56,403 nt of DNA from Bdellovibrionota bacterium (GCA_041739995.1 JBGSMV010000044.1:1-56403); one strand, 5' to 3'. Counted from the stretch's first letter, positions 40,299 through 51,007 are shown. Notes: a model not told the origin generated them from the sequence alone. Translations and numbers: made by a program.

Positions 40299-41729
40299 AT
40301 GAGTAGGTACAATCGAGTTCTGCATATATTTAGGCGAGACCTTCGTCTCGAGGATAATACCGCATTGAGCCATGCCAGTGCCGATGCACAGGCCGTATTG
40401 TGTTGTTTCTTCGTGGACCCGCGCCAGGTCGAGCCTCATCCCTTCCGGGGCACAAATTCACTGCAGTTCATGCTGGAGGCGCTTAAAGAACTATCGACTT
40501 CAATCGAAGAGCGCGGGGGAGAGTTCTGTCTGCTTTACGGGGAGCCAAAAGAGGTACTACGAAAGCTGATTCCGCAAGAAGGTATCGAAGCGATCTATTT
40601 TAATCGCGACTATACACCTTTTGCTAGGAACCGAGACCGCAGAGTGAACGAAGTCTGTGCCGAGCTGGGCTGCGCCGTTCATCAGTTTGGAGACGCCTTG
40701 CTGCAAGAGCCGGAGGCCGTGCAGCGCAAGAGCGGAGGACCTTACAGCGTATATACCCCTTTCGCAAAGTGCGCGGCTCAGTCGGAAGTAAGCCGACCAA
40801 GCCTGATGCGAGTCGAAAACTTGGTGAAACCGAACAGCGACATTGGGTGTGGCGATGTTATGCCCAACATTTCCGAATCATGGGACATGCTTTCGCAGGC
40901 ACTTGGAAAACCTAATCCGTTGCTGTTCGCGCGTGGTGGACGTTCACATGCGCTCGCGACGCTCGAACGCATCGGAGACTTCGAGCAATATCACACGCAG
41001 CGCGATAATCCTTCAGAGGCCGCGACCACGGGGCTCTCTGCTCATCATAAATTTGGTACCATCTCGGTGCGAGAATCATACTGGAAGATTGCCGACAACT
41101 TTAATGCCGAACACACGTTGATTCGCGAACTGTACTGGAGGGATTTCTTTACGCACATCGCTTTTCATTTTCCAAAAGTGTTCTCCGGCGCCTTCCATTC
41201 TAAGTACGACAGCCTGGAGTGGGAAAATAACGAAGAGCTCTTCTCGGCCTGGTGTGCGGGACAGACGGGATTTCCTATTGTAGACGCGGGAATGCGGCAA
41301 CTCAATGTTACTGGATTCATGCACAATCGGGTGCGCATGATCGTGGCATCGTTTCTCACCAAGGATCTGCTAATTGATTGGCGCTGGGGTGAGCGCTACT
41401 TCGCCACTAAGCTCGTAGACTACGACCCCGCGGTGAATAATGGAGGCTGGCAGTGGGCAGCATCTACCGGCTGTGACGCCCAACCATATTTCCGTATTTT
41501 TAATCCGTGGTTGCAGCAGAAACGTTTCGATGAGGATGCAAAATACGTAAAACGTTGGATTCCTGAGCTGAAAGAGCAGCCTGCTCAAAGACTTCATAAG
41601 CTACACGAATCTCCGCTTTTAGGTTCCCTCTACCCTACCCCCATAGTTGAGCATGCAGAGCAGAAGGCAAGGGCCATAAGACTGTTCTCGCTCGATGCGA
41701 ATAGTGCCGAGTCTGATGAAGCCTCTTAG
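40299..41729 (+). CDS. phrB: Deoxyribodipyrimidine (CPD) photolyase
   Basis: FRRDLRLEDN, ELYWRDF, GQTGFPIVDAGMRQL, MHNRVRM, DYDPAVNNGGWQW, PYFRIFNP. Confidence 0.95.
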   Translation: MSRYNRVLHIFRRDLRLEDNTALSHASADAQAVLCCFFVDPRQVEPHPFRGTNSLQFMLEALKELSTSIEERGGEFCLLYGEPKEVLRKLIPQEGIEAIYFNRDYTPFARNRDRRVNEVCAELGCAVHQFGDALLQEPEAVQRKSGGPYSVYTPFAKCAAQSEVSRPSLMRVENLVKPNSDIGCGDVMPNISESWDMLSQALGKPNPLLFARGGRSHALATLERIGDFEQYHTQRDNPSEAATTGLSAHHKFGTISVRESYWKIADNFNAEHTLIRELYWRDFFTHIAFHFPKVFSGAFHSKYDSLEWENNEELFSAWCAGQTGFPIVDAGMRQLNVTGFMHNRVRMIVASFLTKDLLIDWRWGERYFATKLVDYDPAVNNGGWQWAASTGCDAQPYFRIFNPWLQQKRFDEDAKYVKRWIPELKEQPAQRLHKLHESPLLGSLYPTPIVEHAEQKARAIRLFSLDANSAESDEAS

Positions 41730-42496
41730 GCCTCGCCCATAAAGCGCTGATAGAGAGTGTCAAACGCGAGGCGCACGTCTTTTCTGTCGAGGTACAGAAT
41801 CAGTTCCGTTGCAGTGGACGCAATTTCGATGATGTTAATGCCCTGCACGGCGACTTGCTGCAGAACGAGATACAGAAAGCCTGGGGTGCGGATGTAGTGC
41901 TTCGGAAAAGCTACAGTGAGAGCGCCTACCGAAGCGTGGCGCGCCACTAATGGCACCGTCAAAATTGATTCCACTGAGGCAAGCGCTTCGAAGTCGAAGA
42001 TCAGAGTAATTTGGGTCAAGCCTTCGGTGAGCGTAAAGTAATGTCGCTGCTTCTCGAGTTTAGAATACAGGGCGTGTGCTTGGCGCTGCGCTTCTCGTGT
42101 CTTTTCGACAGTCACCACACAAAGTCCGCTATGGACGCTAAGCTTATCAAGGTGAAAGCGTTCCTCCTTGGGCCTAAAGCTTTTGGGAAGGTCCCTCTGG
42201 TGCCGAGACAGGGCCATGGTGATGGCTGAGGCCTGCACTTTGCGACCAATGCGAGCGCGAAGAATGGGCGTCAGAAACCGGGCAAGTTGGGAAAGATTAA
42301 ACAGCCGGTGATGAAGTCCGAGTTGTAGGTGCGGGTTTGAGTTGAGAACTTCAGACAGCGCGAGCGAAACCTTAGCGCCTGAGCCCACTGGTTCAGTGCG
42401 TTCTGCAAGGGAATGCTTTGAAGGGTGCTTCTTTCCCAGTGGAATGTCCTTTGCAGCCTTTGGCGGTCTTGCCACTTCATTAGCCTCTACATCCAC
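41726..42496 (-). CDS. ACT-domain protein (aspartokinase-regulatory-like) with a helical N-terminal domain
   Basis: NLSQLARFL...AITMALSR N-terminal region; C-terminal TPGFLY......GINIIEIASTATEL ACT pattern. No kinase domain. Confidence 0.7.
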   Translation of the reverse strand: MDVEANEVARPPKAAKDIPLGKKHPSKHSLAERTEPVGSGAKVSLALSEVLNSNPHLQLGLHHRLFNLSQLARFLTPILRARIGRKVQASAITMALSRHQRDLPKSFRPKEERFHLDKLSVHSGLCVVTVEKTREAQRQAHALYSKLEKQRHYFTLTEGLTQITLIFDFEALASVESILTVPLVARHASVGALTVAFPKHYIRTPGFLYLVLQQVAVQGINIIEIASTATELILYLDRKDVRLAFDTLYQRFMGEA

Positions 42497-42666
42497 CCTT
42501 TATTCTCCCCCAAGCGCCCGATCGTCGGTCTGACTAGCTTAAGGAGGTGTGGGACTGTGACGTCTGGAGTTTGCCAGGATAGTGGGCCAGCAACAAGCAT
42601 ATCGAGTCACCTCACCCCCTGATAAACGACCAAAGAGAGTAGCTAAATTGAGGTGGCGTGTAGGGA

Positions 42667-43698
42667 GTGGTCCGACTAGATTATGAGGTGATTGTGAGCA
42701 GAGAGGAGCTTGTGAGCGAGATTCAGACAGTAGATAGAGAAGTGCTTCAACATGCCGCCAAGGCTTTTGGTGCCATCCGTGCAGAAGTGCACCGCGTCAT
42801 CATCGGGCAGGAATATTTAATTGAGCGACTTTTGGTCGCTCTGTTGTGTGACGGCCATGTTTTACTAGAGGGCGTTCCCGGCTTGGCTAAGACCCGCACC
42901 CTCATGGCATTGACGACCGTGCTTGATGCAAGCATGTCGCGGGTTCAATTCACCCCGGACCTTTTGCCATCAGACGTGATCGGCACTGAGGTATATCGCC
43001 CGCAGTCAGGCGATTTCGTCATTCGCAAGGGACCGGTTTTTACCAATCTCCTGCTGGCGGATGAAATTAATCGAGCGCCTGCAAAAGTTCAGTCGGCGTT
43101 GTTGCAAGCCATGCAGGAGCGAGAGGTTACGATTGGAGATGAAACTTTTCCGTTGCCGCGTCCTTTTCTAGTACTCGCCACTCAGAACCCCATCGAGCAA
43201 GAAGGTACCTACCCCCTACCCGAAGCCCAGCTCGATAGATTTCTCATGAAGCTCACCGTGGGCTATCCGCGCGAAGAAGAAGAGCTAGAGATTCTAAAAC
43301 TTGCCGATTCTGAGGCGCGTGCCCCTGTGAAGATCGAAAGAACCCTGACCCTTCCTCAACTTGAACAACTTCGTGCCCAGGCGCTAGACCTCTACGTCGA
43401 ACCGCGGGTGGATAAGTATATCGTTTCCCTGGTTCAGGCTACGCGACACGCCGATCAGTTTGGACTTAAAGGGATGATTGAGTGGGGTGCTTCCCCAAGG
43501 GCGAGTCTTGCGCTCAAGGCTTGTGCTCGTGCGCTCACCTTTGTGCGAGGACGCGGATTCGTTACTCCTGATGAAGTGAAAGAAGTCGCCGCGGATGTGC
43601 TACGGCATCGTATTTTGACTTCGTTCGAAGCCGAAGCGCGTGGTCTTCGCAGTGACGATATAGTGAGGCAGTTACTGAAGAACGTCACAGTACCTTGA
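42667..43698 (+). CDS. moxR: MoxR family AAA+ ATPase
   Basis: EGVPGLAKT, RVQFTPDLLPSD, DEINRAPAKVQSALL, ATQNPIEQEGTYPLPEAQLDRF, GASPRA. The true start may be GTG 42694 or 42712. Confidence 0.96.
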   Translation: MVRLDYEVIVSREELVSEIQTVDREVLQHAAKAFGAIRAEVHRVIIGQEYLIERLLVALLCDGHVLLEGVPGLAKTRTLMALTTVLDASMSRVQFTPDLLPSDVIGTEVYRPQSGDFVIRKGPVFTNLLLADEINRAPAKVQSALLQAMQEREVTIGDETFPLPRPFLVLATQNPIEQEGTYPLPEAQLDRFLMKLTVGYPREEEELEILKLADSEARAPVKIERTLTLPQLEQLRAQALDLYVEPRVDKYIVSLVQATRHADQFGLKGMIEWGASPRASLALKACARALTFVRGRGFVTPDEVKEVAADVLRHRILTSFEAEARGLRSDDIVRQLLKNVTVP

Positions 43699-43766
43699 GG
43701 AATAGGCCCAGACGAAATTATTCATGAAGGTTTATCTCTCAGCGTGCGTCGAGGAAACTAGGCGAT

Positions 43767-44777
43767 ATGGTTAAGGCAGAGTCTCGTGTTACGGAAATTT
43801 TGAGCGCAGACTTGCTCGCGGAACTAAAGCGCTTGGAGCTTCGCACTCGGCGAACTCTTTCCGCCGATATCATGGGGAATTATCGCTCTGCTTTCCGTGG
43901 CTCTGGCTTGGTGTTCTCGGATGTTAGAGAATATGCGCCCGGAGATGAAATCAGATCGATTCACTGGAAAGCAACGGCGCGTGGCCAGAAGGTATACGTC
44001 AAATCCTACCATGAGGATCGCAGTATCGAAGTGATGGTATGCGTAGACATTTCTGCCTCTACCGGGTTTGCGGCGGTTCCTCACGAGAAGGCAACTTCGA
44101 AGTCCCTGCACAGAAAGGCTTTTGAGATTGCGGCAAGCGTGGCGCTCCTCGCTCAGCAGAGCGGTGATGCGGTGGGATTGATGTTGTTTGGGGAATCGGT
44201 GAAACAATACGAGCGACCGCGCTCTGGTCGAAGGGCGGTTGAGCATTTGCTGTTGTCTCTGCTCCGCGGAGTTTCACTCGACGGCGGAACCGATTTGGCG
44301 GGAGCCATAGAGCATGTGCTCAAATATCAGCGTCGGCGCTCAGTGGTGTTCGTGATCTCTGATTTTTTCGCGCCTGATTTCGAGCGACAGCTATCCCATT
44401 TGTCGCGACGTCATGAAGTGGTGATGGTTTATCTTGAGGCCATAGCGAGGGCTGACTTCGCGCCTGGTTCCGAAAGGCCTGACGGCAAGGTGCCGTTGCG
44501 TGCGCTGCCTCGTATGGGACTTGTTGCGGTGCGAGACCCAGAGACTGGTGCAAGGACCGTAGTCGATACCAGCAGTAAATCGGTTATGCAGGCCTTGGAA
44601 GCTAGACTGCAAAAGCACTGGGCTACTTTGAGTGCGCTGGCCCGTTCCCAACAGGTGGATCTTGTCAGAGTTCAGGACGAGCGAGTGCTGCATCCTCTGG
44701 TTGAGTTAATGCATAGAAGGCAATCTCAGCGTGGAGGAGATCGAAGCCACATAGTGGATGCGAGACCTTCGCCATAG
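43767..44777 (+). CDS. DUF58 (vWA-like) protein
   Basis: GNYRSAFRGSGLVFSDVREYAPGDEIRSIHWKATAR, VDISAS, VISDF. Confidence 0.93.
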   Translation: MVKAESRVTEILSADLLAELKRLELRTRRTLSADIMGNYRSAFRGSGLVFSDVREYAPGDEIRSIHWKATARGQKVYVKSYHEDRSIEVMVCVDISASTGFAAVPHEKATSKSLHRKAFEIAASVALLAQQSGDAVGLMLFGESVKQYERPRSGRRAVEHLLLSLLRGVSLDGGTDLAGAIEHVLKYQRRRSVVFVISDFFAPDFERQLSHLSRRHEVVMVYLEAIARADFAPGSERPDGKVPLRALPRMGLVAVRDPETGARTVVDTSSKSVMQALEARLQKHWATLSALARSQQVDLVRVQDERVLHPLVELMHRRQSQRGGDRSHIVDARPSP

Positions 44778-44909
44778 AATCTTGGTGGCGATTTTTCGCT
44801 CTGTTCCTCTGGGAGAGCCAAACAAGGCTGAGGGTGAAACCTCACGTGCCTGAGTCCTAAGATTCTGGAAGGCCTTAGGTGTGAAAGAGAACGAAACTGT
44901 TATTGAAGT

Positions 44910-45467
44910 ATGGCGACTGTTGCAGACATTCCACAAGAAATACCTCAGCCGTTTGATATAGCGCCGCTGCCGTACATCCCGTCCGGTCCAGGCTTGCTTG
45001 AGTGGTTGCTGTTCGCCCTGCTTTGCGGAGTCGGTGTCGCGGTGGTGTGGCTGCGCTCTAGACCTGTCCGCGTGGTACGTAAGTCACCCCTGGTTGGTCA
45101 ACAGGTGCTTCATGCTGTGAAGAATGTACGCACCCTGTTGGAGGGCCCCTCCCCGCGGCCGGCGTTTGTAAAGCAGTTACTCGGAGAACTCAGTGTTCTC
45201 TCCCGGCGTTCAATTTGGGACTTGGATCCCAGTCGGGAGGAGTTGGTGAGGATTGAGACTATGACTCAATCAGAGATATCCCAGGTGCTTGAAGAATACT
45301 CACAGATTCCAAGTGCAAGCCTTCTTCGTGCCCTACTGCTAGTAGAATCTTATAAGTACTGTCCCGACCGAATAATTCAAACTGAGCTTTCGCGCATTCG
45401 TGTGCGAGTAGATGAGCTTGAGACAGCAGCGGAGTCATATTACCGCTCGATGGAGGAAGGCTCATAG
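44910..45467 (+). CDS. Single-TM hypothetical protein of the MoxR/Bat operon
   Basis: DIAPL followed by a TM helix, at the usual position between DUF58 and BatA. Confidence 0.7.
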   Translation: MATVADIPQEIPQPFDIAPLPYIPSGPGLLEWLLFALLCGVGVAVVWLRSRPVRVVRKSPLVGQQVLHAVKNVRTLLEGPSPRPAFVKQLLGELSVLSRRSIWDLDPSREELVRIETMTQSEISQVLEEYSQIPSASLLRALLLVESYKYCPDRIIQTELSRIRVRVDELETAAESYYRSMEEGS

Positions 45468-45473
45468 CATCGT

Positions 45474-46490
45474 ATGGATTTACTCTATCCCTTCACTACG
45501 ATGAGTTTTCATACGCCGCTGGTGCTACTGGTTCCCGCGCTGATTCTTTTTTTGCTGACAGTTCAACGTCGCGTAAAAACGGGAGCCGTATTCCCAAGTG
45601 TTGCGGTGCTCGAAGGGCTGCCACAGTCGTGGCGACAGCGCCTCAGAACGCCAACCTTAATGTTGTTGATGGCTGCGACCGTAGTGTCTTGGTGCGTTGC
45701 CGCAGCGCGGCCGCAGCGCGTAAGTCTCATTTCATCACCGAATCAAAGTCGTAACATCGTGCTCGCGATTGACGTCTCGCCAAGCATGGGGGCCAGAGAC
45801 TTCTCCGGGATGTTAGGAAGCGTATCCAGGCTTCGTGCAGTGCAGAGCGTAGTGGGAAAGTTTGTTGAAGCCCGCAAAGGCGATCGCTTAGGGCTGGTGG
45901 TGTTCGGTGGTGGTGCTTTCTTGCAAAGCCCATTGACCACAGACCACGAAATGATCAGCAAACTTGTCGAGCGCTTACAGGTTGGAATGGCGGGTGAAGG
46001 TACTGCCATCGGGGACGGGCTCGGTGTAGCGCTTAAGCGTGCCAAAGCTCTGCCTGCCAAGAGTACTTCCGTGATTCTGCTCACCGACGGAGTGAGCAAT
46101 TCCGGTCAGGTGAATCCACTGAAAGCCGCCAAGGTCGCACGCGACCTTGGGATTAAGGTCCATACCGTGGGTATTGGTTCTGAACGTGCCGTCACTGTTG
46201 TGCAACCAGGCAATATTTTTTCGAATTTGGTGCAGAGACAAGTTGAGTTCGATGAAGAGACTTTGAAAGAAATTGCTTCGCTCACAGGAGGTGCATATTT
46301 TAGCGCTTCAGATATTGAGGGTCTCGAAGGAGTTTACGATCAGATTGACCTACTCGAACGCACTGCTGACGAGGATAACGAACAGGTTCTTGTCGACGAG
46401 CTGTTCCCGATCTACGCGATTTGGGGCGCCCTCTTTTACGGGCTCTATCTGTTGATGTCGCTGACCGTTTTCATGCGAGTGCCAGAATGA
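45474..46490 (+). CDS. batA: BatA-like vWA domain protein
   Basis: AAARPQ, DVSPSM MIDAS, DRLGLVVF, PLTTD, TAIGDGL, LLTDG, TGGAYF. Confidence 0.9.
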   Translation: MDLLYPFTTMSFHTPLVLLVPALILFLLTVQRRVKTGAVFPSVAVLEGLPQSWRQRLRTPTLMLLMAATVVSWCVAAARPQRVSLISSPNQSRNIVLAIDVSPSMGARDFSGMLGSVSRLRAVQSVVGKFVEARKGDRLGLVVFGGGAFLQSPLTTDHEMISKLVERLQVGMAGEGTAIGDGLGVALKRAKALPAKSTSVILLTDGVSNSGQVNPLKAAKVARDLGIKVHTVGIGSERAVTVVQPGNIFSNLVQRQVEFDEETLKEIASLTGGAYFSASDIEGLEGVYDQIDLLERTADEDNEQVLVDELFPIYAIWGALFYGLYLLMSLTVFMRVPE

Positions 46491-48541
46491 GCGAAGATTT
46501 TGGCCTAGTCTATTTGGAGAGCGCTGTATTTCTTCTCGCGCTGATTCCTATGGGCATACTCGTCTTTCGACGACTCCAGACCCGTTCGCAGCGCGCTGCG
46601 TTGCTTGAGCGCCAAGCGGTGCTTCCGCCACAGGCAGCAAATGTTTCGCACTTTAATGACTTTCGATGGCGAGCTGCCATTCTTCTACTGGTGTTGCTTC
46701 TTTCAGGGATAGCAGCGCTTCGCCCCTATTTAGGTTTCGAGGATATCGAACTTTCAATTCCTGGTAGGGAAATCGCGGTAGTGGTCGACGTCAGCAACAG
46801 TATGTTGACTACGGATGTTAGTCCGTCCCGCATTGGGCTCGTCAGGCGAAAACTAGAGGATCTACTACGACTGCTGAAGAAGGAAGGGCGGCGGGATAGA
46901 ATCAGTCTGACGGTGTTCGCGGGTAGCGCGCAGTTGTTCGCTCCGCTCACTGCCGATCACGTAGTCATGCGTTCATTTATCAAAGCGCTGTCTCCTGACC
47001 TTGTCGTGCAGGGAGGATCGAACCTGATGGGCGGCATTTCGGAAGCGTTGGAGTCTTTCGGCGAAATGTCGAGTCAGCCCAGATTGATGCTTGTCTTCTC
47101 TGATGGGGGTGAGGACGCACTAGATACCGACGACCTGCAAGCGTCTTTTGCGGGAACACCGATACGGACTGTTTTTCTCGGATTGGGCACCTTAGAAGGC
47201 GCGCGCGTCATCTTGCCGACGGGACAGCCTGTTGTCTCTAATAGCGGGAGCGTGGTGGTTTCTCGATTGAATGAGGAGCTACTTCGGCAGGCGGCGGAAG
47301 CTTCAAATGGTAGCTATTTAAGGGTGCGGCCAGACGACGGGGATCTTCTGCGGGCGTTACAGATTTTGCGTGAATCCGAACAGATGTTTGCGGACGGCGG
47401 GACTGCGCCTTCGTCTGTGCGTGTGTTTGGCGAACTCGGCCCGCTACTATTAAAAATAGTGCTCATAGTGCTGTTGGTCAGCGTTGGCTTCGGCTATCGC
47501 AGAGTTATCTTTCCTGTAGTTCTAATGTGCGCTCTAGCGACCGGAGCGCCACGAATTGCCTTTGCTCAAGCGAGCCCCGCCCTTTCAGATACCACACCTC
47601 CAGATCTTGAGACCAAGAGTGGCGCCGCAACGGGCAATGCGGCCTGGCGTGCCTATGATGAGGAGCGATACGGCGAGGCGGAAGCCTTGTTCGAGGAGCT
47701 GATTGAAGTTCACCGTGATATGGATTCAAGGGTGCTGCAGGGCTTGGGAAGTGCTCAGTTTAAGCAGCAGAAATTCTCGGAGGCTGAGCGCAGCTTTTCT
47801 CGGGCAGTAGAGCAGGCCGAAACAAGCGATCGTGCCTTTGACGGACATTATAACCGAGGGAATGCGCTGCTTGCTCTCGGGAAGTTTGACGAGGCAATAG
47901 CAGAATACGACAGAGCCTTGGGAGTATTTCCTGAAGAGCCTCGTGCGACCCACAACAAGCAAGTAGCTCAGAAACTTAAAAAACAAGACCCTCCACCTCA
48001 GTCACAATCACAGACTTCTTCGTCCGCATCTTTAGATCAAAACAGTTCTGCCAATAGTTCTTCGAACGAGAGCGCGGAGGGCTCGCAGAATAGCTCGGGA
48101 TCAGAGAGCAGCAAGCAAGCCAGTGGCGCTCAAGAGAGCGCTAACGAAGATTCTCAAAGTTCAATGAGTCCAGGTTCTGATAACTCTTCCTCGGAGGGTC
48201 GCTCTCCTGGAAGTTCTCAGAGCGATAGCTCGAACAGCAGCACCCAAGGTGCTTCAGAAAATTCTCAGTCAGCCAGTGCTCCTGCACCTAGTTCTATGGG
48301 AGCGAGTTCGTCGTCGGCAGCTGAAGGGAGCGAGCAGAGTGCTTCGGGGAGAAGCGGCAGTTCGTATAGCTCAGGCAGCGCGAACGAAGAATTCCGAGGT
48401 TCTGAGGAGCTTCCCAAACACGATCCGGAGGCCCTTCGTCGACGCGAAGCTGAAGAGTGGCTTGAAACCTTACCGGATAGCCCCATGCTTTCACCGCGTG
48501 ACAGTCGACGGCCCCAGCGCCAAGGGAGTTACACATGGTGA
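46487..48541 (+). CDS. BatB-BatC fusion: vWA plus TPR protein with a Ser-rich tail
   Basis: DVSNSM..DVSPSR MIDAS, FSDG, TPRs (YNRGNAL..LGKFDEAI.EY), Ser-rich linker, terminal W. ATGA overlap with batA. Confidence 0.88.
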   Translation: MSEDFGLVYLESAVFLLALIPMGILVFRRLQTRSQRAALLERQAVLPPQAANVSHFNDFRWRAAILLLVLLLSGIAALRPYLGFEDIELSIPGREIAVVVDVSNSMLTTDVSPSRIGLVRRKLEDLLRLLKKEGRRDRISLTVFAGSAQLFAPLTADHVVMRSFIKALSPDLVVQGGSNLMGGISEALESFGEMSSQPRLMLVFSDGGEDALDTDDLQASFAGTPIRTVFLGLGTLEGARVILPTGQPVVSNSGSVVVSRLNEELLRQAAEASNGSYLRVRPDDGDLLRALQILRESEQMFADGGTAPSSVRVFGELGPLLLKIVLIVLLVSVGFGYRRVIFPVVLMCALATGAPRIAFAQASPALSDTTPPDLETKSGAATGNAAWRAYDEERYGEAEALFEELIEVHRDMDSRVLQGLGSAQFKQQKFSEAERSFSRAVEQAETSDRAFDGHYNRGNALLALGKFDEAIAEYDRALGVFPEEPRATHNKQVAQKLKKQDPPPQSQSQTSSSASLDQNSSANSSSNESAEGSQNSSGSESSKQASGAQESANEDSQSSMSPGSDNSSSEGRSPGSSQSDSSNSSTQGASENSQSASAPAPSSMGASSSSAAEGSEQSASGRSGSSYSSGSANEEFRGSEELPKHDPEALRRREAEEWLETLPDSPMLSPRDSRRPQRQGSYTW

Positions 48542-50382
48542 GCGTGCGGAAGGAGGCTATTTCTCGTTCGGCGAATCGCACCGTGTTTGAAGTGCGTTCG
48601 CTCGCGTGTTTCTTAGCGATGCTGCTAGTCGTACTCTCGCACTTAGGATTCACTACCCTCTCACATGCCGACGAGCCGCAGTTACTTTTGGCGGTCAGTC
48701 CAAAGCAGGGCTCGATTGACGATGTGTTTACCCTTAACGTGATAGTTGAGGGACTCGGGACCGAAGGGTTTCCGGTGTTGCAGGGTGGGAATGATTTTAG
48801 GCTTACGCTTAATGGCTCTCAGGTAGAGATGGTAAGCGGCGCGCACGAGCCGCGGTTTCGCACTGTTTATCGTTACCAAATGTTCCCAAAGCGTACTGGC
48901 GTGTTGGACACGCCTAGTGCTGAGCTTCGTCGTGGTGCTTTGCACCTCACTGCGCCTTCTCAAAAGTTGAAGGTGGTGCCCTCCAGCAGCAAAGTAGCTG
49001 CGCGCTCGGAAGATGTGTTCGTTTTGCAGTCGCTTGGCAGTGAGGAGGTGTTTGTCGGACAGCAGGCCGGGCTGATGATAGAGCTTTTCTCTAAGCGAGA
49101 AGTATACCGCCCGCAGTTCGTTGACCTCACATTGGATAATTTCATTGTGCAGAACCTGCCCCAAGAGGAAGCATTTGAGCGCTCCATCGAGGGCTCGCGT
49201 TACCAAGTACTGCGGGCGCGAAAGGCACTCTACCCTCTGCGGGAGGGAAATCTTTCGCTACCCTCGGTCGATATGAAGGTTTCGGTAATGATCCAGAGGA
49301 GGGTCAAGATGCCAGCCTTCGGTGGGTTTTTTAATTTTGAATCAATCGAACGCGTTCCAGAAGAGCGAGTCTTACAGTCCAACCCGCTGACTTTGAAGGT
49401 CTCCCCTCTTCCGCCATTACCGCGTGATTTCTCTAATTGGGGTCAAAAAGCGCCGCTGGTGGGTATTACTGATATTCGAGGGAGTCTGGACCGAGAGCTG
49501 CTCCGTACCGGTGAGACTGCGACTCTTACCGTTACGCTCGCCAGCACTGGTAATATTCTTGGAATTAAGGAGCTCCCGCTGACCTCCACAGAGAGTTTGC
49601 GCATCTATCATGAGCAAACAGAAGAGCAAACTCGTGAGTATCTGGGGCAGTTAATTACGACCAAGCGCTTCGCCGTGTCGATTGTTCCCCTGCTACCTGG
49701 CCGACATAAGATTCCAACACTCGCGCTAGATTTTTTTGATCCTGAGTCGCGCAGCTACAGAAAGGCGGTTTTGGAACCCATGGTACTGAATGCGCACGGG
49801 AGGCCTTTGGTGGCGGAGGTGACGTCTGCTGAAACTCAGACGGGAGGCAGCGAGAATTCTTTCTCCAACAATATGAGCGCTTCGTCTGTTGCGGGAGCGG
49901 ATGCTAATAGCCGCGCACCGCTGCTCCGTTCTCCGACGGTGATTGACCGTTTGTGGTCGATTGTGAGTCCTGCCACCTTGCTCATGGCGTGTTTTGGGTT
50001 AGCGGCCCTTATTCTTTTCATTTGGCGCATTGTTCAACCAAAGCCAGAAGGCTCTCAATGGACGGGGCCAACCGATCTTCTGGTACCTGCATTTTTGAAA
50101 GCTGCGTCCGCTTGTGCGGGAGTGGAGTGGAGCGAAGGAGACGAGATTCCTTTCGAGGCCCTCCGCAATGCGCTTCGAAAGAGCACGCTGCTTGAGCGCG
50201 CGGTCATTTTTGAGCTTTGCGCCGTGCTTGATAAACTAGAACGCCTCGGAATCACGGAGCTCGACGAGGCTTCGCATCCAGAAGAGCCCTCGAAGGAAAT
50301 TAAATTGGGAAATATCTCAGAGGGCTTGATCAAGCGCATGGAAGCACTTGTTCCAGCACTTCGCTCGCCGGCGCCGTCCTGA
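48535..50382 (+). CDS. batD: BatD family protein
   Basis: Signal/TM, repeated beta-sandwich segments (LYPLREG, SNPLTLKV.PLP, FFDP....Y), C-terminal TM; operon position. Confidence 0.85.
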   Translation: MVSVRKEAISRSANRTVFEVRSLACFLAMLLVVLSHLGFTTLSHADEPQLLLAVSPKQGSIDDVFTLNVIVEGLGTEGFPVLQGGNDFRLTLNGSQVEMVSGAHEPRFRTVYRYQMFPKRTGVLDTPSAELRRGALHLTAPSQKLKVVPSSSKVAARSEDVFVLQSLGSEEVFVGQQAGLMIELFSKREVYRPQFVDLTLDNFIVQNLPQEEAFERSIEGSRYQVLRARKALYPLREGNLSLPSVDMKVSVMIQRRVKMPAFGGFFNFESIERVPEERVLQSNPLTLKVSPLPPLPRDFSNWGQKAPLVGITDIRGSLDRELLRTGETATLTVTLASTGNILGIKELPLTSTESLRIYHEQTEEQTREYLGQLITTKRFAVSIVPLLPGRHKIPTLALDFFDPESRSYRKAVLEPMVLNAHGRPLVAEVTSAETQTGGSENSFSNNMSASSVAGADANSRAPLLRSPTVIDRLWSIVSPATLLMACFGLAALILFIWRIVQPKPEGSQWTGPTDLLVPAFLKAASACAGVEWSEGDEIPFEALRNALRKSTLLERAVIFELCAVLDKLERLGITELDEASHPEEPSKEIKLGNISEGLIKRMEALVPALRSPAPS

Positions 50383-50464
50383 TCTAAGTGATCGCTTGCA
50401 CGAGAAAGGCTTCGAAGGAGAACCGCATGGTGAAAAGCTCGAGAGCTACAAGTCTAATTGGCCG

Positions 50465-51007
50465 TTAGTTACGTGAAGGCTTGCGACAGTACGCTTTTAG
50501 GACTGCTACTAGGGATCCTAAAAGGCCAAGTATGGATAACCCTGCACCAGGTACGGCAATATAAATCAGCGCTTCCTTTGCAGCGCTTGTGCTTCCTAGG
50601 CCAGGCGCTGCAAAAGCGGCAAGCAACCAAAAGACACTATAAAGTAAAGCGCCAAGCCCTAAGGCTGTTGAGGAAAGTGTTTCGAGGCGGCCTGCATTTC
50701 CAAGAAGGATTAAAAGGAGTGAAACACTTAATGCGACCGCACCGATTGCTCCGCCATGCAAATGCGCTCGTTTCATATAAGACCAGGACTTAGCGAGAAC
50801 TGCCTCCTTCTTGTCCAGATCACCTTTGTAAACTGTATCGATAACCAGATCGGCTCGATAATTTAAACTGTCTTTAATAGTCCCTTCAATTGAACCAAAG
50901 AGTCCGCCTAACCCAAATCCAAATAAAATTGAAATCAATGCAAATAGGACTCCCGGAAGAAATGGTTTTAATAGAGAGGGAGGAATCACACCGGAGTAGG
51001 CAGCCAA
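50465..51007 (-). CDS. Hypothetical four-TM membrane protein
   Basis: TTG start with AGGAG RBS, hydrophobic helices, conserved-looking RAHLHGGAIG. Confidence 0.75.
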   Translation of the reverse strand: MAAYSGVIPPSLLKPFLPGVLFALISILFGFGLGGLFGSIEGTIKDSLNYRADLVIDTVYKGDLDKKEAVLAKSWSYMKRAHLHGGAIGAVALSVSLLLILLGNAGRLETLSSTALGLGALLYSVFWLLAAFAAPGLGSTSAAKEALIYIAVPGAGLSILGLLGSLVAVLKAYCRKPSRN

